Assembly (NCBI GenBank): GCA_009914755.4
Contig: CP068257.2
Span: forward strand, 39,136,001-39,200,000
Length of the DNA stretch: 64,000 nucleotides
Direction of reading: 5' to 3'
Source of the DNA: the human T2T-CHM13v2.0 reference genome, Homo sapiens
This document shows, one piece after another, positions 17,581-29,989 of this stretch. The translations under genes and the position numbers were made by a program. The number at the start of each line of letters is the position of its first letter. Within the stretch, counting starts at the first letter, position 1. The notes below the pieces were generated by a model that saw only the letters and a program-made list of their open reading frames with translations, was not told where the DNA came from and searched no databases.

Positions 17581-19026
17581 AAAGAACTTGTCAGAAAGTT
17601 CTGTGGAACCAAAAGTACTTACTATAATTGTTGGTTTGGAGAGGCAGAGGAAGTAGGAGAGGGTGCTGAGGGCATACTTTCCTAACCAATGTCATTGCCA
17701 TGAAGATTTCTGAGGTCTCTGGCTCCTTCTTCCATGCTCAATTCCTTGCGCAGAGCAACTTGGAGGCAAATCATGAAGGCACTGCCTGGTCCAGCCCCTG
17801 GCCCTGGAGGAGGCACTTCCTCCGCCTCCTCTGCTTCCGTGGGGGCCTTTTGGTCTCCATCATGTCAGACTTAGCACTTCCTCCAGCCCAGCATCTAACG
17901 TGGGTGATTTGCACCTTTATTATGAATTGTTTATTCTCTGGGGTATCTATGACCACAGTGTGCAAGTGATATTTCCATTCAAGGACCAAAGAAAAAAAAT
18001 TTTTTTAAACTTTGTTTCCTGAGAGACACATTCCAGGCATCATAGAAGCAACGGGGGAAGGATGGGGACACAGAGAGTCATTGCAGGTAGGCTATGACCC
18101 CGGGAAGAACATCCTTCACACCTGGTAACATTTGTGAGAAGGTGTTTCCTCCAGAAAAAATTAGTTCAGGGACATTTTGCTAGTAAGAGGCCAATTATCT
18201 GTTTGAGGCCACCAACAGAATGGTTGTTTAATTTCTATAACCAAAGCTGACGTCTCATTGCATGATCAGCGATCAGTGCCTGTTATCAACAGCCGCAAAG
18301 GGTCTTACTCTAGGGCTCCGATGCCCGCTCCAGATCCCCTGAATTCTCATCTCACATGTGGCTGGTCAGCTGCAGGAGAACGAGGAGCTGACCTCCACCC
18401 TGTGCTGCTGATGGGAATGGCATTTCCCCACCCTGTGCAGCTCTGGCAGCCTCCCTCTTACCCCTGCTATCACAGCCGCGGAGGCAGGCAGGGAGCTCGT
18501 GACAGCTGGCAAGCCAGCCTCTGGGAATAAAACATTTTAGCACTTCATAAATTTCTAACAAGGTTTCAAATTGCGGCCGTTTCCCTCCTCTCAGCTCCGT
18601 CAACTAGCAAAAGGGGTTGGGGGTGGGGGAAGAAAGACTAATTAAATCTACGGTGGGAAAGCACTGCTGGTAAGATTGCTACTTATTAAAAATCATGAAC
18701 TGTTAGGACCCGATTACAAAGTAAGTTGAAATTCTCCCCATTTTCCCCATACATAAAAATATAAAACAGAGCCTTTCAATTTTATATGTATTTGGTATGT
18801 GTGTATATATATATATATTTTCAAAGGATTAAATACATATCCTTAACAGGATAGCTGATATATGACATTCTTAAACCTAAGGGAAGATGACACATAACTA
18901 ACTAAAATGCTGAGAGACATTCAATATCAATACTGAACATTAACATTGAGGCTTGGTATCATTTACAAAGTAGTTATTTCACATTCTTTTCCCCTGGGAG
19001 TTTTACTGAAAGAAAATGCTTGCTAG

Positions 19027-19459
<433 letters not shown>

Positions 19460-20353
19460 AAAAAACCTTTCTTAATTTCATGGTTCTTTGTTTTAAAAGA
19501 AGGGTACTTGCTTTACAGGAAATACGTAAGCCTTATGGGTAGGGGAAATGTGGAACAGGGAACAAAAAAACTAATTCACAAAGACGTTTAATTGTCAACT
19601 AAAACATGTTAGGAGCACTGTGGGAGGGGTGTGTTTGGAAAAATAAGGGGTAAGATTTTAAATAGTTTCACTCTGAGAAAACCAGCATTCCTTTTCCTAC
19701 TAGAGTAAGTAAGCAGGGTTGCCTTCTTCAGGTAGTGGGTCTCACATGAAAAAATTTCAATCTGAAATAAGGGTCGTAGAATTGGTGACGTGAGAATTGG
19801 GCAAAACTAGGGCACAGACAGATCCTGGCAGTAACTTCGGGCCCACATCACTTTGGGCAAAACACACAGACAAGCACTAAGCAGGTACAGGACAACCACC
19901 AGCTGCTGCACTGAGCATTCTCTGCGCTCCCTGCACCTTCGCCTGATGCCCATTTTCTTTTTTAGCGTGAGAAAGTTGACCTTTAGGATGACATACAAAA
20001 TAAGCTTCTCCAGCTAGGATGGGAGGCAAAATGCAAAGACCATGTGTGCTATTTATGTTTGAGAATGAACCTTCCTGCAAAGTATCAGCCTGTCGTATAT
20101 TTAGAACAGAGACCCCAGGGTGGGAGCATCTCATGGCAGCTCCCAATTGAATGCCAGATGCAAATGATCACTTGCTATTAATCCCAGCCTTGCTAACATT
20201 TGGTCCTGAGCATCACAGCTAATTGACGGGATGAATTACCATTTCTACGGATGGTGCCACCTGTGACATTCAGGATCTTTGAGAGGTAGAACCCGCAGTA
20301 GTTTAACATTGCCAGTTTAGTCAGTTATGATCATTGATACATGGCTCACCATT

Positions 20354-20396
20354 TTCTCTCTTTCTCTCTCTCCCTGTGTGTGTGTGCGTGTGTGCA
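20354..20396. repeat. (CT)n/(TG)n compound simple repeat
   Basis: ttctctctttctctctctccctgtgtgtgtgtgcgtgtgtgcatg. Confidence 0.7.
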
Positions 20397-20632
20397 TGTT
20401 ACATGGTTTCACTATGAGATATACAGCATTTTATTTTGTCTACATATGCAAATGTTCAGTGACAGGGACAAAAAGAAAAAAAATCAAGAATAATGAATGT
20501 GATTAAGTGGAAAACTACTTATAAAACACTCTAAAGTTGACTAATATAGGCAAACACTGTTAAAGTCGATTTTAGGGAATCATCCAGGTATTTCACATAG
20601 CATAGGCTATAACTTCATTAAAGAAAACATGG

Positions 20633-20775
20633 TCACCCCTGCCTGAACTGCACCCAGATTGCACCCCAGTGGCTCTGAGCCAGGACAGGTGGCCAGTCAC
20701 CCCCTGCCTGAATTGCACCCAGATGGCACCCCAGTGGCTCTGAGCCAAGACAGGTGGCCTTCCCACCTGCCTCAT
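20633..20775. repeat. Tandem repeat, 64-bp unit, about 2.3 copies
   Basis: tcacccctgcctgaactgcacccagattgcaccccagtggctctgagccaggacaggtggccag, then tcaccccctgcctgaattgcacccagatggcaccccagtggctctgagccaagacaggtggcc, then the partial copy ttcccacctgcct. Confidence 0.85.
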
Positions 20776-21864
20776 TACCTTACGGTGACACCCCTCCCCC
20801 CACCCCCACCCTGAGGGGCTGCAGTGTGATAATTCTGGGAAGAGCTTCAGAACCTATCTGTCCTGCATGCTAATCCAAGTTTCCAAGTGATTTTATGTGC
20901 ATTTTCTCATCCAGTGCTCCCAACAATTACAGCTTGTCTTTCACTAACCGAAAGCATTCTTCTCTATCCCTCCCAGTAATTCCTGCAGGGCATAACCTGT
21001 GAGGAAAAGATTAGAGATGGCTAATATTTTGGGTATAATGAACGAAGCCAGCTTCAGTTTATTTTCATTAAACACAATTCCCATTTCCAGGTGTTTGTTA
21101 GTTTTGGTGAACATCACAGGATGGCCTTTCCCCGGTAAGTGCAGCAATCCATCTGTTGTAAGGAGCACCTCTGCACTCAGACCTCCTGATGTGGAAGTGC
21201 TTCAAGGTAAAAGCAGGCTTCCCAAAGCTTGCGTTGATTGTAACTGTAGTGAAAGTTAGAAACAAAAGCCAGTAGTTACTGAGAACAGAAGTTGAGCACC
21301 AGACCTCGGATATAGCATAGGGGTATGGAAGATCTTATAGAACAAGAGGAAAAAACAAGGCATTTTCTTTGAAAAGGAAGGTGGAGGCCCAATTGAGACA
21401 GGCTGAAATTCACCCAAGAGGGGAGATTATCAAAGAGATGCATATTGAAGACGTCCTTTGATGTCAGGGTGAAGTAGTATGGTGACTAAAATATTAGAAC
21501 TATCTCTAGAGGGCAGCTGGGGATGTCTGCTCCTATTAATCCACTAGAGTCTAGACCTGAAAGGCTCATGGGGGCCCTTCCCCAACCCTCTGCTCTCACT
21601 TCCCAAGGCTATAAGTGGCCATGATCTGTGCTGAATCCCCACTGCAGGGAACATTCCAGAACAAGGATTGACACATCTCTGTGATACACTACTTGTTCTC
21701 TCATATTCTTGATAGTTGGTCCTGAGCCAAGTATTCTAGCAAAGATGGTGCAGCACAGAAAATTCTCAGGTTTCATTTTCCATTTAGGGAATGTGGGAGC
21801 TCTGGTCAGAGACCCACAGATGACCCCAACCTCAAAGCTGGCCAGCTGTGCTGCACCCATGGGG

Positions 21865-21954
21865 AGAAGGAGATGAGGCCTGCATGCTGTGGCAGACACA
21901 GGTGGGTGGAGAAGTAGATGAGGCCTGCATGCTGTGGTGGACACAGGTGGGTAT
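21865..21954. repeat. Tandem duplication, 45-bp unit x2
   Basis: gagaaggagatgaggcctgcatgctgtggcagacacaggtgggtg followed by gagaagtagatgaggcctgcatgctgtggtggacacaggtgggta. This explains the internal repetition in the minus-strand ORF 21609-21944. Confidence 0.85.
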
Positions 21955-23139
21955 TGTCAGCATCCTGCTGTCTTCACAGTGAGAGCCCTTTCAGAGAGTC
22001 CCAAATCCAAGCCAGCCTCCTTCAACCATCCCTGGAGAGGTGGATCTCATAGCATCTGCCAAGAGTCTTGTGCTTAACTGTGTATCACGACAGACTCTTT
22101 CCCTGACCAGACTTTAGGCAGGCCCCTCTCTAAGCTCTTCTCAACTAAGCCCTGACTTTGGAGCATTTTTTCTTGTCTCTGCCTTCTCCAGTTTTAGCAA
22201 GAATCCTGCTTAGTTTGGCTATCCTGGGTATCTGATCACCCTAACTATCTGATCAGGTTTCTCCTTCACCAACCCCCAGGTGGTTGTCTGATCACCCTGG
22301 TCTGTGTTCAGCAAGAGTCATGTTCAGGTGATGTAGCCAGAATGCCCCTTACCCTTGATGTCTCCTGTAAATAATATTCCATCCACTGATCCCCACCTCA
22401 CTACCTGGCTATAAACTCCCATTTGTTTTTTGTATTTGGAATTGTGCCCAATCTCTCTCGCCCACTTCAAAATGCAATTGCAGGGTCTCTATGGCTCTGA
22501 ATAAAGTCTGCCTTACTGCCTTATCAAAGGTCATTTTTTTTTCTTTAACAATAACACTGAACTCTTCCCCGAGGTTAAACCAAGGAACATTCTCAAAATT
22601 ATATCCAATTATCTTCCTAAAAACAAAAGGGAGTTGCTGTATAACTGGTCTTCATTTCTTCCCTAGACAAAACAAAAAGTAGACTTGAACATTTCTTAAA
22701 AGACTGGTCTCCTTAAATTCTTTTAGTTTCTCTTCATTTTTATCAAAATATAAAAACCAAATTCAGAATCAGTTTCTCAACTTTTCAATATTTTCTTTCT
22801 CTATTGGCATCTCAGCATCAAAGTATTAAAGTAGTGCCGTGAGACTCACACCTCCAATGGCTAGGAAATTGGCCAGCTTAGGCACCAATACTGCACCCAA
22901 GTCTGGAACTGTAGAATACAGTGATGATCTTGTATTGACTTTGAAACTCATCTGTAAGAGTTATTCGAGTTTTTTCCATGGAAAAAGAATGCAATATTGT
23001 CAAAATTGCTGATAACGGCCAAGTCAGGGCTCACAGCCCTTACCGTCTTTCAGAACAGTTGGGGGTGTAGAAAAAGAAACTACAGCTAACACTCAGCACC
23101 TGCAAATGGCCAGGTGCAGCTCTAAACCTTATTTGTGTG

Positions 23140-23300
23140 AAAACTCACTTAATTGTCACAACAACCCTACAGGAGGCGAATGTTATTATGGGATCCCCAT
23201 CTTCCAGATGAAAAAAACTGAGGCACAGAAAGGTTAGTTAGGCAGCCCTAACCATGTGGCTGGTAAGAAGAACAGAGCTTCAAAGCCTGAGATAGTCATA
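23140..23300 (+). mobile_element. MIR SINE fragment
   Basis: acaacaaccctacaggaggcgaatgttattatgggatccccatcttccagatgaaaaaaactgaggcacagaaaggttagttaggcagccctaaccatgtggc parallels the MIR core. Confidence 0.5.
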
Positions 23301-24640
23301 ACCTAGCTAGGAAAACTTTTTAGTTGTTACTAAACAGATGCAGAGGCATATTGAAAGTAAAAGTAAAATGCAAAAACAGAAGAGGTAGAAAGGGTGCCAA
23401 GGTGAGAAGTTGGCAGTCTTTTCTTCTGGAAACTTCCAGGAGATTTAGAATGAAAGAAAGAAAGCAGCCAAGGGGATCATGGTAAACACGAGGCAGCCTG
23501 GACATGGCATAGCACCCCCAGGCTGCCGGACTCCAGGGCATGCCCAAGGGTAGCTGCAGAGTCAAACTAAACCAAGAAACAGAGTTGGGCAGTGTAAAGA
23601 GCTGTAGGCTTCACGCAGTGGGAGACAGGCCACCCAGCCCACATGAGGGACAGAAAGCCACTTAAGGGCACGAGCTTTCATTAGCATAGAACCATGCTGC
23701 CCATTTTACCAGGTATTTTCATTGAGCAGGCCATGGGCTGGGTGTCCTATAAGGCAGGCCTGGGTTCCTCTTCAGGCTGCTGTCATAACGCAGTTCTGAG
23801 CTGCAATGATTGAAACGGATGGAGGAGGGAGTATTGGGAATAAACAAGAGTGAAGGTCATCTCAAAGCACCTTTTACATTTTTCCCGAAAGGTGGAGTTT
23901 TGAAAGCAGAACCCCTTGAAAATGTGTTCTTGTGCATGCTATTCCTTCAGACTGTGAGCAATTTCTCCTCTCCGCACCTACACGGGGGAAGGCTTCCGGA
24001 CCAGGTTTCTGCAAAGAGCACTTGCGTGGTTCATAAAAGCAACACCAGAACTCACTCACTCTGCCTTCTCCATCCCTCTGGGCATGGCTCATTTCCATCT
24101 TAACTGCATCTCTAAGTAAATCAAGAGCCAGCGAAAGGAAGTATGAAGATATAGTGGGGAACCTTGAACAATTCCTTTTTTACTCCCAATTACTTTAGGT
24201 AAAACTCTGAATCCAACTTGTTTTATTTGTGATGCTATTGTTACAGCCTCAAAACCTGTTTTGACTTGGAAAGGCATTCCAAATAGGTACACTGGGAACT
24301 CAACCTAAAATAGCCAGTTAATTTTACACGCACATTTTATTTTCAGGGAACGTGCGTATGTCGCATACAATGGAGGGGAAAATGGAGACTGGAGTTTATG
24401 ATGTAATCTTTATGCGAATTTTATTATTTCATAAAATGTGAATACGTTCATGGGAAAGAGGCCATGAAACATATTCACTTTTGCTACACATGCTGATAAC
24501 TTCAAAGTCAGGTGGACGGGAATTGACACAGAATTTTCATAATAAGGGCTGATAAAATGTGCTATTGTGTCAACACATACTTCTAGCTTCTGTTTTTAAA
24601 TGTTTTGCTAGTAATAGGTTTAAAAAGTGATTTGTTTCTG

Positions 24641-24936
24641 TTTTTTTCTTTTTGAGATGGAGATTTGCTCTTTTCCCCCAGGCTGGAGTGCAATGGTGTG
24701 ATCTTGGTTCATTGCTACCTCCACCTCCTGGGTGCAAGCGATTTTCCTGCCTCAGCTTCCTGAGTAGCTGGGATTACAGGCACCCGTCACCGTGCCTGGC
24801 TAATTTTTGCACTTTTAATAGAGACGGGGTTTCACCATGTTGGCCAGGCTGGTCTCGAACTCCCGACCTCAGGTGATCCACTCATCTTGGCCTCCCAAAG
24901 TGCTGGGATTATAGGCATAAGCCACTGTGCCCAGCC
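24641..24936 (-). mobile_element. Alu SINE
   Basis: tttttttctttttgagatggagatttgctcttttcccccaggctggagtgcaatggtgtgatcttggttcattgctacctcc ... gctgggattataggcataagccactgtgcccagcc. Confidence 0.9.
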
Positions 24937-25689
24937 TGATTTAATGGTTATTGCCTATCTCTTTCCTCTCAGTTATAGGCATGTCAGACCTGTGTCCTAT
25001 ACCTCCTGCTGCGGGTGGCTCTGCATAGAGCTCAGGCAGTTTTAGGAACTGTCTTAGTTCCCTCAGCAGGAGCCCTGCCCATGTCCAACTGCCTGTCTTG
25101 GTTTGGTGGCCTCCCCAGCCAAATTCCCTCTTCCTCTCTGTATCATACAACCTCCCCCTTCCCAAATACAGATAACTGCCGGAATGGTGGGCATCTGCTG
25201 TGCTGTGCAACGTGGTTCCCTTTGTGGGTGTTACTCACGCAAATCACGTCCTCTCGTGGCTGCCACCATTATGGACCAGGGCCCGTAACAAATTCCATAA
25301 CTTCACAGGATTTGCCTTAAGAAATAACGATTGCCATAATCGCCGCGGTGGTGGACCCTGTCCCGGAGAGCTGTCTTCTGTCAAATAAAAAGCAGCTCCT
25401 GCTGGAGGCATTGCTCACTCCCAGCAGCCCACAGTCAGTAACTGGCTGACCTAGGGGTCAAAGCATTGGCCCTATTGCCACAGGTGGATCATATCCCTGC
25501 AGGGCGCTCTGTGCGCCAGAGCCAGCCTGTGAGGTCAGACAGAGGCCAGTCCCCAGCTGAAACCACATCCCTGACTTACGCAGCTCCCCACCTAACCCTT
25601 GTTCAACCAATCCTTCATCAGTCCCTCGCACGAGAACCCCCTTCTCAGGTTCTACTTCTAGGAAACCCAGCTGTTTACATTTCTGAGGG

Positions 25690-26085
25690 CTGCCATAACA
25701 AACTTCCACATGTCTGGTTGCTTTAAACAATAGAAATTTGGTCCAAAATTGAGATGTAGGCAGTGTTAATTCCCATGCCTCTCTTAGCTTCTGGTATCTG
25801 CCAGCAATCTTTGGCATACTTTGGCTTGTAGACACACAACTCCAATTTCTACCTCCGTCTTCACATGGCCTTCTTCTCCCTGTGTCTTCATGTCTAAATT
25901 TCCATCTCCTCTCTCTTAGAAGGACACCAGTCCTTGGATTTAGGGCTTATAGTAAGTCCAGGCTGATCTCATCTCCAGATCCTAACTTAATTACATCTGC
26001 AAATACTCTATTTCAAAATAAGGTCAGATTCTGAGGTACCAGGAGAACACGAATGTTTGGGAAACACTGTTCAACCCACTACACC
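25690..26085 (+). repeat. Old interspersed repeat, here called family D (unnamed; LTR/MaLR-like consensus ...ctataacaaattacc...cacagttctggaggc.agaagtc...cttggcttgtag...cttcacatggcc...taaggacaccagtc.t.ggatt.agggc...taattacatctgcaaa...ttctgaggtac)
   Basis: ctgccataacaaacttccacatgtctggttgctttaaacaatagaaatttggtcc ... gcatactttggcttgtagacacacaactcc ... cttcacatggccttcttctccctgtgtcttcatgtc ... ttagaaggacaccagtccttggatttagggc ... cttaattacatctgcaaatactctatttcaaaataaggtcagattctgaggtacc. Four copies of this family lie in the window. Confidence 0.5.
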
Positions 26086-27517
26086 AACCTAACACATTTC
26101 AGCAAAGTGCCTACAAGCCAAGGTAAGTAAGCAAAAGAAAGCACAGGCCCCTGATTTTCCCTCTGATGCCATAGAAAGGCATTTGGGCCAAGACACTGTG
26201 GTGGGCAGGCAGTGTGGCTGTGAATTCTAGGGGAAGTTCCCCTCTGCTAGGCTGCCTGCCCTTTAAACAAGGCAAGTGTGAGAGCAATCTTGTAAGTAAG
26301 GGAATAATCCAGCTACCGGGGCACCAGGCAGGATGAATTTAGATGTCAGCTGTTTGAAGCAACTGTTTGGAAAGTCCAGATCCCCAGAATACGGAAGCCT
26401 TGAAGACACAGTAGAAGCTGGGTTCAGATGCATCCCCCCTACCCTGAAAAAGGAAGATATTGGTCCCATGGGAAGCTGAAATTGGGTTGAGGCTTCCCCA
26501 CTGGGAACAAGGGGAAGTGCTAGCTGAGATGCTGTCCAACAACCAGAAGGGAGCTTCCAGAGCACTTTAAGACAACAGTGCTTTGCACACCACATCATAC
26601 AGGACAGGCGGCCTGTGACTTAGTTACTATGAGAGTTCTGCCCTAAGACCAATCTTTTTTCTCTCTCTCTGAGATTTTAATAAAAGATGTAGAGTGAAAG
26701 AGCATAGAAGTGATAGAGGGGAAGAACAAGCATAATTCATAGTGGAAAGTGATGTGAGAGAGACATAGACAGAGGCTGGTGTGCTGGGAATCAAACTGAG
26801 TGAAGTTAATGGTCAGGTGAAGCTCCGTGGGTTGTACATGAAGGAGCAATGGAACAGCATGGGCTCCAGACTGCCTGGGAGCTCAAACAGCCTTCCAGGC
26901 TCCACTTTCGGAAAGGTACACATGAGTGACAGTTCCTTTCCTTCTTTGTTGCCTGGCCATGTGGTTGATGATCCTAGCATCTTCGTTTCTAAATGTGTCT
27001 CATAACCTGCAGAGACATGAGTCAGTCTTATTCCAGTTCATCTAAATGAACCAACAAAATGTCTCATAAAAATATGAAGATAAAATTAATCTGAATATGT
27101 GAAACTATATTAAAAAGCCTAAAGTTCTGTACAAATGGAACACATTATTAGACATAAATAAGTCATGTTCATACTGGAAGCCACATTCATCATCACTTAG
27201 TTCTATCACTTACTTCATCATCACTTACTTCTATCTCGGTGAGTCTGAGATTCAGCTTAAACATCTTACCATGATCATGGAACAGATTCAACAAAGATCT
27301 CCTGAATATCCTCAAAAAATAGCATAAGATAAACCATCCAAGGTCCTTTACTGCTATTATTCATCTCTCATTCAGTTATGCATTCATTCACTACATGGAG
27401 ACTAAGGAATGAAAATGAGCAAAATTATTATGTAATAATTATATAACATATAATTATAATTTTTACAAAATAATTTTGCTCATTTTCAAACCCAATCTGA
27501 CCCCTTGTTGGGTTTGT

Positions 27518-27670
27518 ATCATAATCCCAAAAGACACAATCACAAATGCCATGATCCCAAAAATTGAAATCCTGAAAGATTGAAATCCCTAAAGACCAAA
27601 AATCTCAAAGTTCAAATCCCTAAAGCCTAAAATCCCTAATATCTAAAATCTTGAAAATCACTATCAGAAA
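27518..27670 (+). repeat. Left arm of a ~150-bp inverted repeat pair carrying 11-13 bp subrepeats
   Basis: atcataatcccaaaagacacaatcacaaatgccatgatcccaaaaattgaaatcctgaaagattgaaatccctaaagaccaaaaatctcaaagttcaaatccctaaagcctaaaatccctaatatctaaaatcttgaaaatcac. The reverse complement of 28700-28855 aligns to it. Confidence 0.6.
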
Positions 27671-28699
27671 ATAGTTGCATCATGTTAGGCAGATCTAGCC
27701 ATCTTGTTATTAAGCATGGTTTAAGGCGAGGAATATGGGTGCCAAGTTACCCACGTTGACCAGTAGTGACTTAATGTGGTCACCAGTGGACTTAATGTTA
27801 GGTGTTAACTTGATTAAGAACTGAAGGAATACCTAGAAACCTGGTAAAGTATTATTTTGAGTGTGTCTGTGAGGGTATTTCCAGAAGAGGTTACCGTATG
27901 AATCTGGGTGGACTAAGTGAGGAAGATTTGCCTTCCATGTTGTCAGGTGCACCATCCAATTCGCTGGGCACCAGGAAAGAACAAATACAGAAGGCAAATT
28001 GGAAAAAGCTGTCAGCAACAAAAGCTTACAACGGATTCTGAGGCACAGATCCCTCTCTCTGAGAGCTGGGACAGATGTTTCTTCTGCTGCCTTGGACATC
28101 AGAACTCTAGGTTCGCCAACCTTTGGACTCTAGGAACTTACACCAGCAGCTCCCAGGATCCTGAGGTTTTCAACCTTGGACTGAGAGACACATCGTCGGC
28201 ATCCCTGGTTCTCAAAGTATAAACATTGGAACTTCCTCAATAAATGAAGAGATGTCCTTTTTGTACATTTGTATCTGTGAAAGATGCAATTTCTGGAGAT
28301 CTTGGTTCTTTGGGCGATTGCAAATGCGGTGGCGAACCTTTGCAGTTTTGATTGACTCGTCAAAAGACTAAGGTTGTTCATCATGGTATTTCAGACGACT
28401 GTAGTTAGAAAGCTGGGTGCACACAATAACCAACCATAGTGATGTGAATTTATACATTTCCCTTTTTAGCCTGTTTCTTTATGAATATGTGCTGTCTGTT
28501 CCTAACTGTTATGCTCATGTGACTATCATTAGTATACCTGAGTGTTTATGCTTGCAAAAATATTTATGTTATTATTGCTTATTTTATTGTGTAAAGTGGC
28601 CTATCATGTTTCTCGATGATGTTTTTATGTTTTTCCAATAAATCCCCCTTTAAAAATATAAATAAATACCTCTAATATAATTTTTTATATTATTTCTTC

Positions 28700-28855
28700 C
28701 AGAATTATAATTTGGGGATTTGATCTTTCAGTGTTGTTATTTTCAGGATTTTAGACTTTGCAAATTTTGACTTTCTAGGATTTCAACATTCAAGATTATG
28801 GTGTTCTAGGTACTGTGTCTTTCAGGATTATGATCAGCTGCCCACTTCTATTTGC
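28700..28855 (-). repeat. Right arm of the inverted repeat pair
   Basis: Reverse complement: gatcataatcctgaaagacacagtacctagaacaccataatcttgaatgttgaaatcctagaaagtcaaaatttgcaaagtctaaaatcctgaaaataacaacactgaaagatcaaatccccaaattataa. Confidence 0.6.
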
Positions 28856-29461
28856 GGATGAGACAGATTTAATCAAATAGTCATAGAAATGAAAGAAAAA
28901 TCACAACTTTGATAAGTACTACAAAGAAGATCTCTGATGCTCTGAGATAATACAAGAGGGTAAATTGATCTATTAGGAGGTTGCAGTTGTGGAGCAGGGG
29001 TTGTGAGGGCCAGAGGAAGGAGAAAGGCCCTGCAGACAGAGAGCATATGATGTGTGCACATCCCTTAGACAGGAGGAGTCATTGTGGACTAGCAGAAGAG
29101 AAAAGAGCACAGAAAGCCAGATGGAGCATGATTTAAGGTGAAGGTGGAAATTCTCTGGGGAGAAGGCTGTTCAGGGCCTTGGGGACCAACGTAAGGATCC
29201 TGGTCTTTGTTCTATGAGCAATGGGCAGCAAGGAGCATATTTCAAGCAAGAGATTAATATAATGAGAGTGTTCTTCTTAAAAAATTACATGTGGCTTTTA
29301 ATTCAAGATGGTAGAATGAGCTATTGATATTCCCTTTAAGCTTCCTTAAAATAAGAGTAATGAGCTAAGAAAAGAGGGAAAATCATTATGGCAAAGAAAA
29401 CAGGAAAAGCTGTCAGCAACCAAAAGATGTCAGCAGATTCTGAAGCACCGATCTCTCTCAC

Positions 29462-29825
29462 TATATCTTAGTCTGCTGGACTGCTTTCACAAAAATACCA
29501 TAGACTGGATGACTTATAAACAACATGTATTTCTCACAGTTCTGGAGGCCAAGAAGTCTAAGATCAAGGCACTGGCAGGTTCAGTGTCTGGTGAGGGTTC
29601 ATTGCTCATAGTTGGCGCCTTCATGCTGTGTCCCTAGATGATGGAAGGGGCCAATGAGCTCCCTTGGGCTTCTTTTATAAGGGCTCGAATTCCACTGATG
29701 AGAGCTCCACACTTATGACCTAATCACCTCTCAAAGACTGCACCTTTTACTACCATCACATTGGGGATTAGGTTACAACATATAAATTTGGTGGGAGCCG
29801 AAAACCTTCAGACAACAGCACATCA
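29462..29825 (+). repeat. Family D old interspersed repeat, copy 2
   Basis: tatcttagtctgctggactgctttcacaaaaataccatagactggatgacttataaacaacatgtatttctcacagttctggaggccaagaagtctaagatcaaggcactggcagg ... ttataagggctcgaattccactgatgag ... ggttacaacatataaatttggtgggagc. Confidence 0.5.
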
Positions 29826-29989
29826 TAAAGCAACAAAGACTATTCCATAACCCTTGCCCACTTATATAAGTTTCCTTCCTATCTGCTCAATCTTTAATAT
29901 AAATGGAAATCAACAGCCATCAGATATTCAAGGAATGCTTGCATCATGAAGGAGGAAGACCAAGGCAACAAATATAAAAATACAAACGT

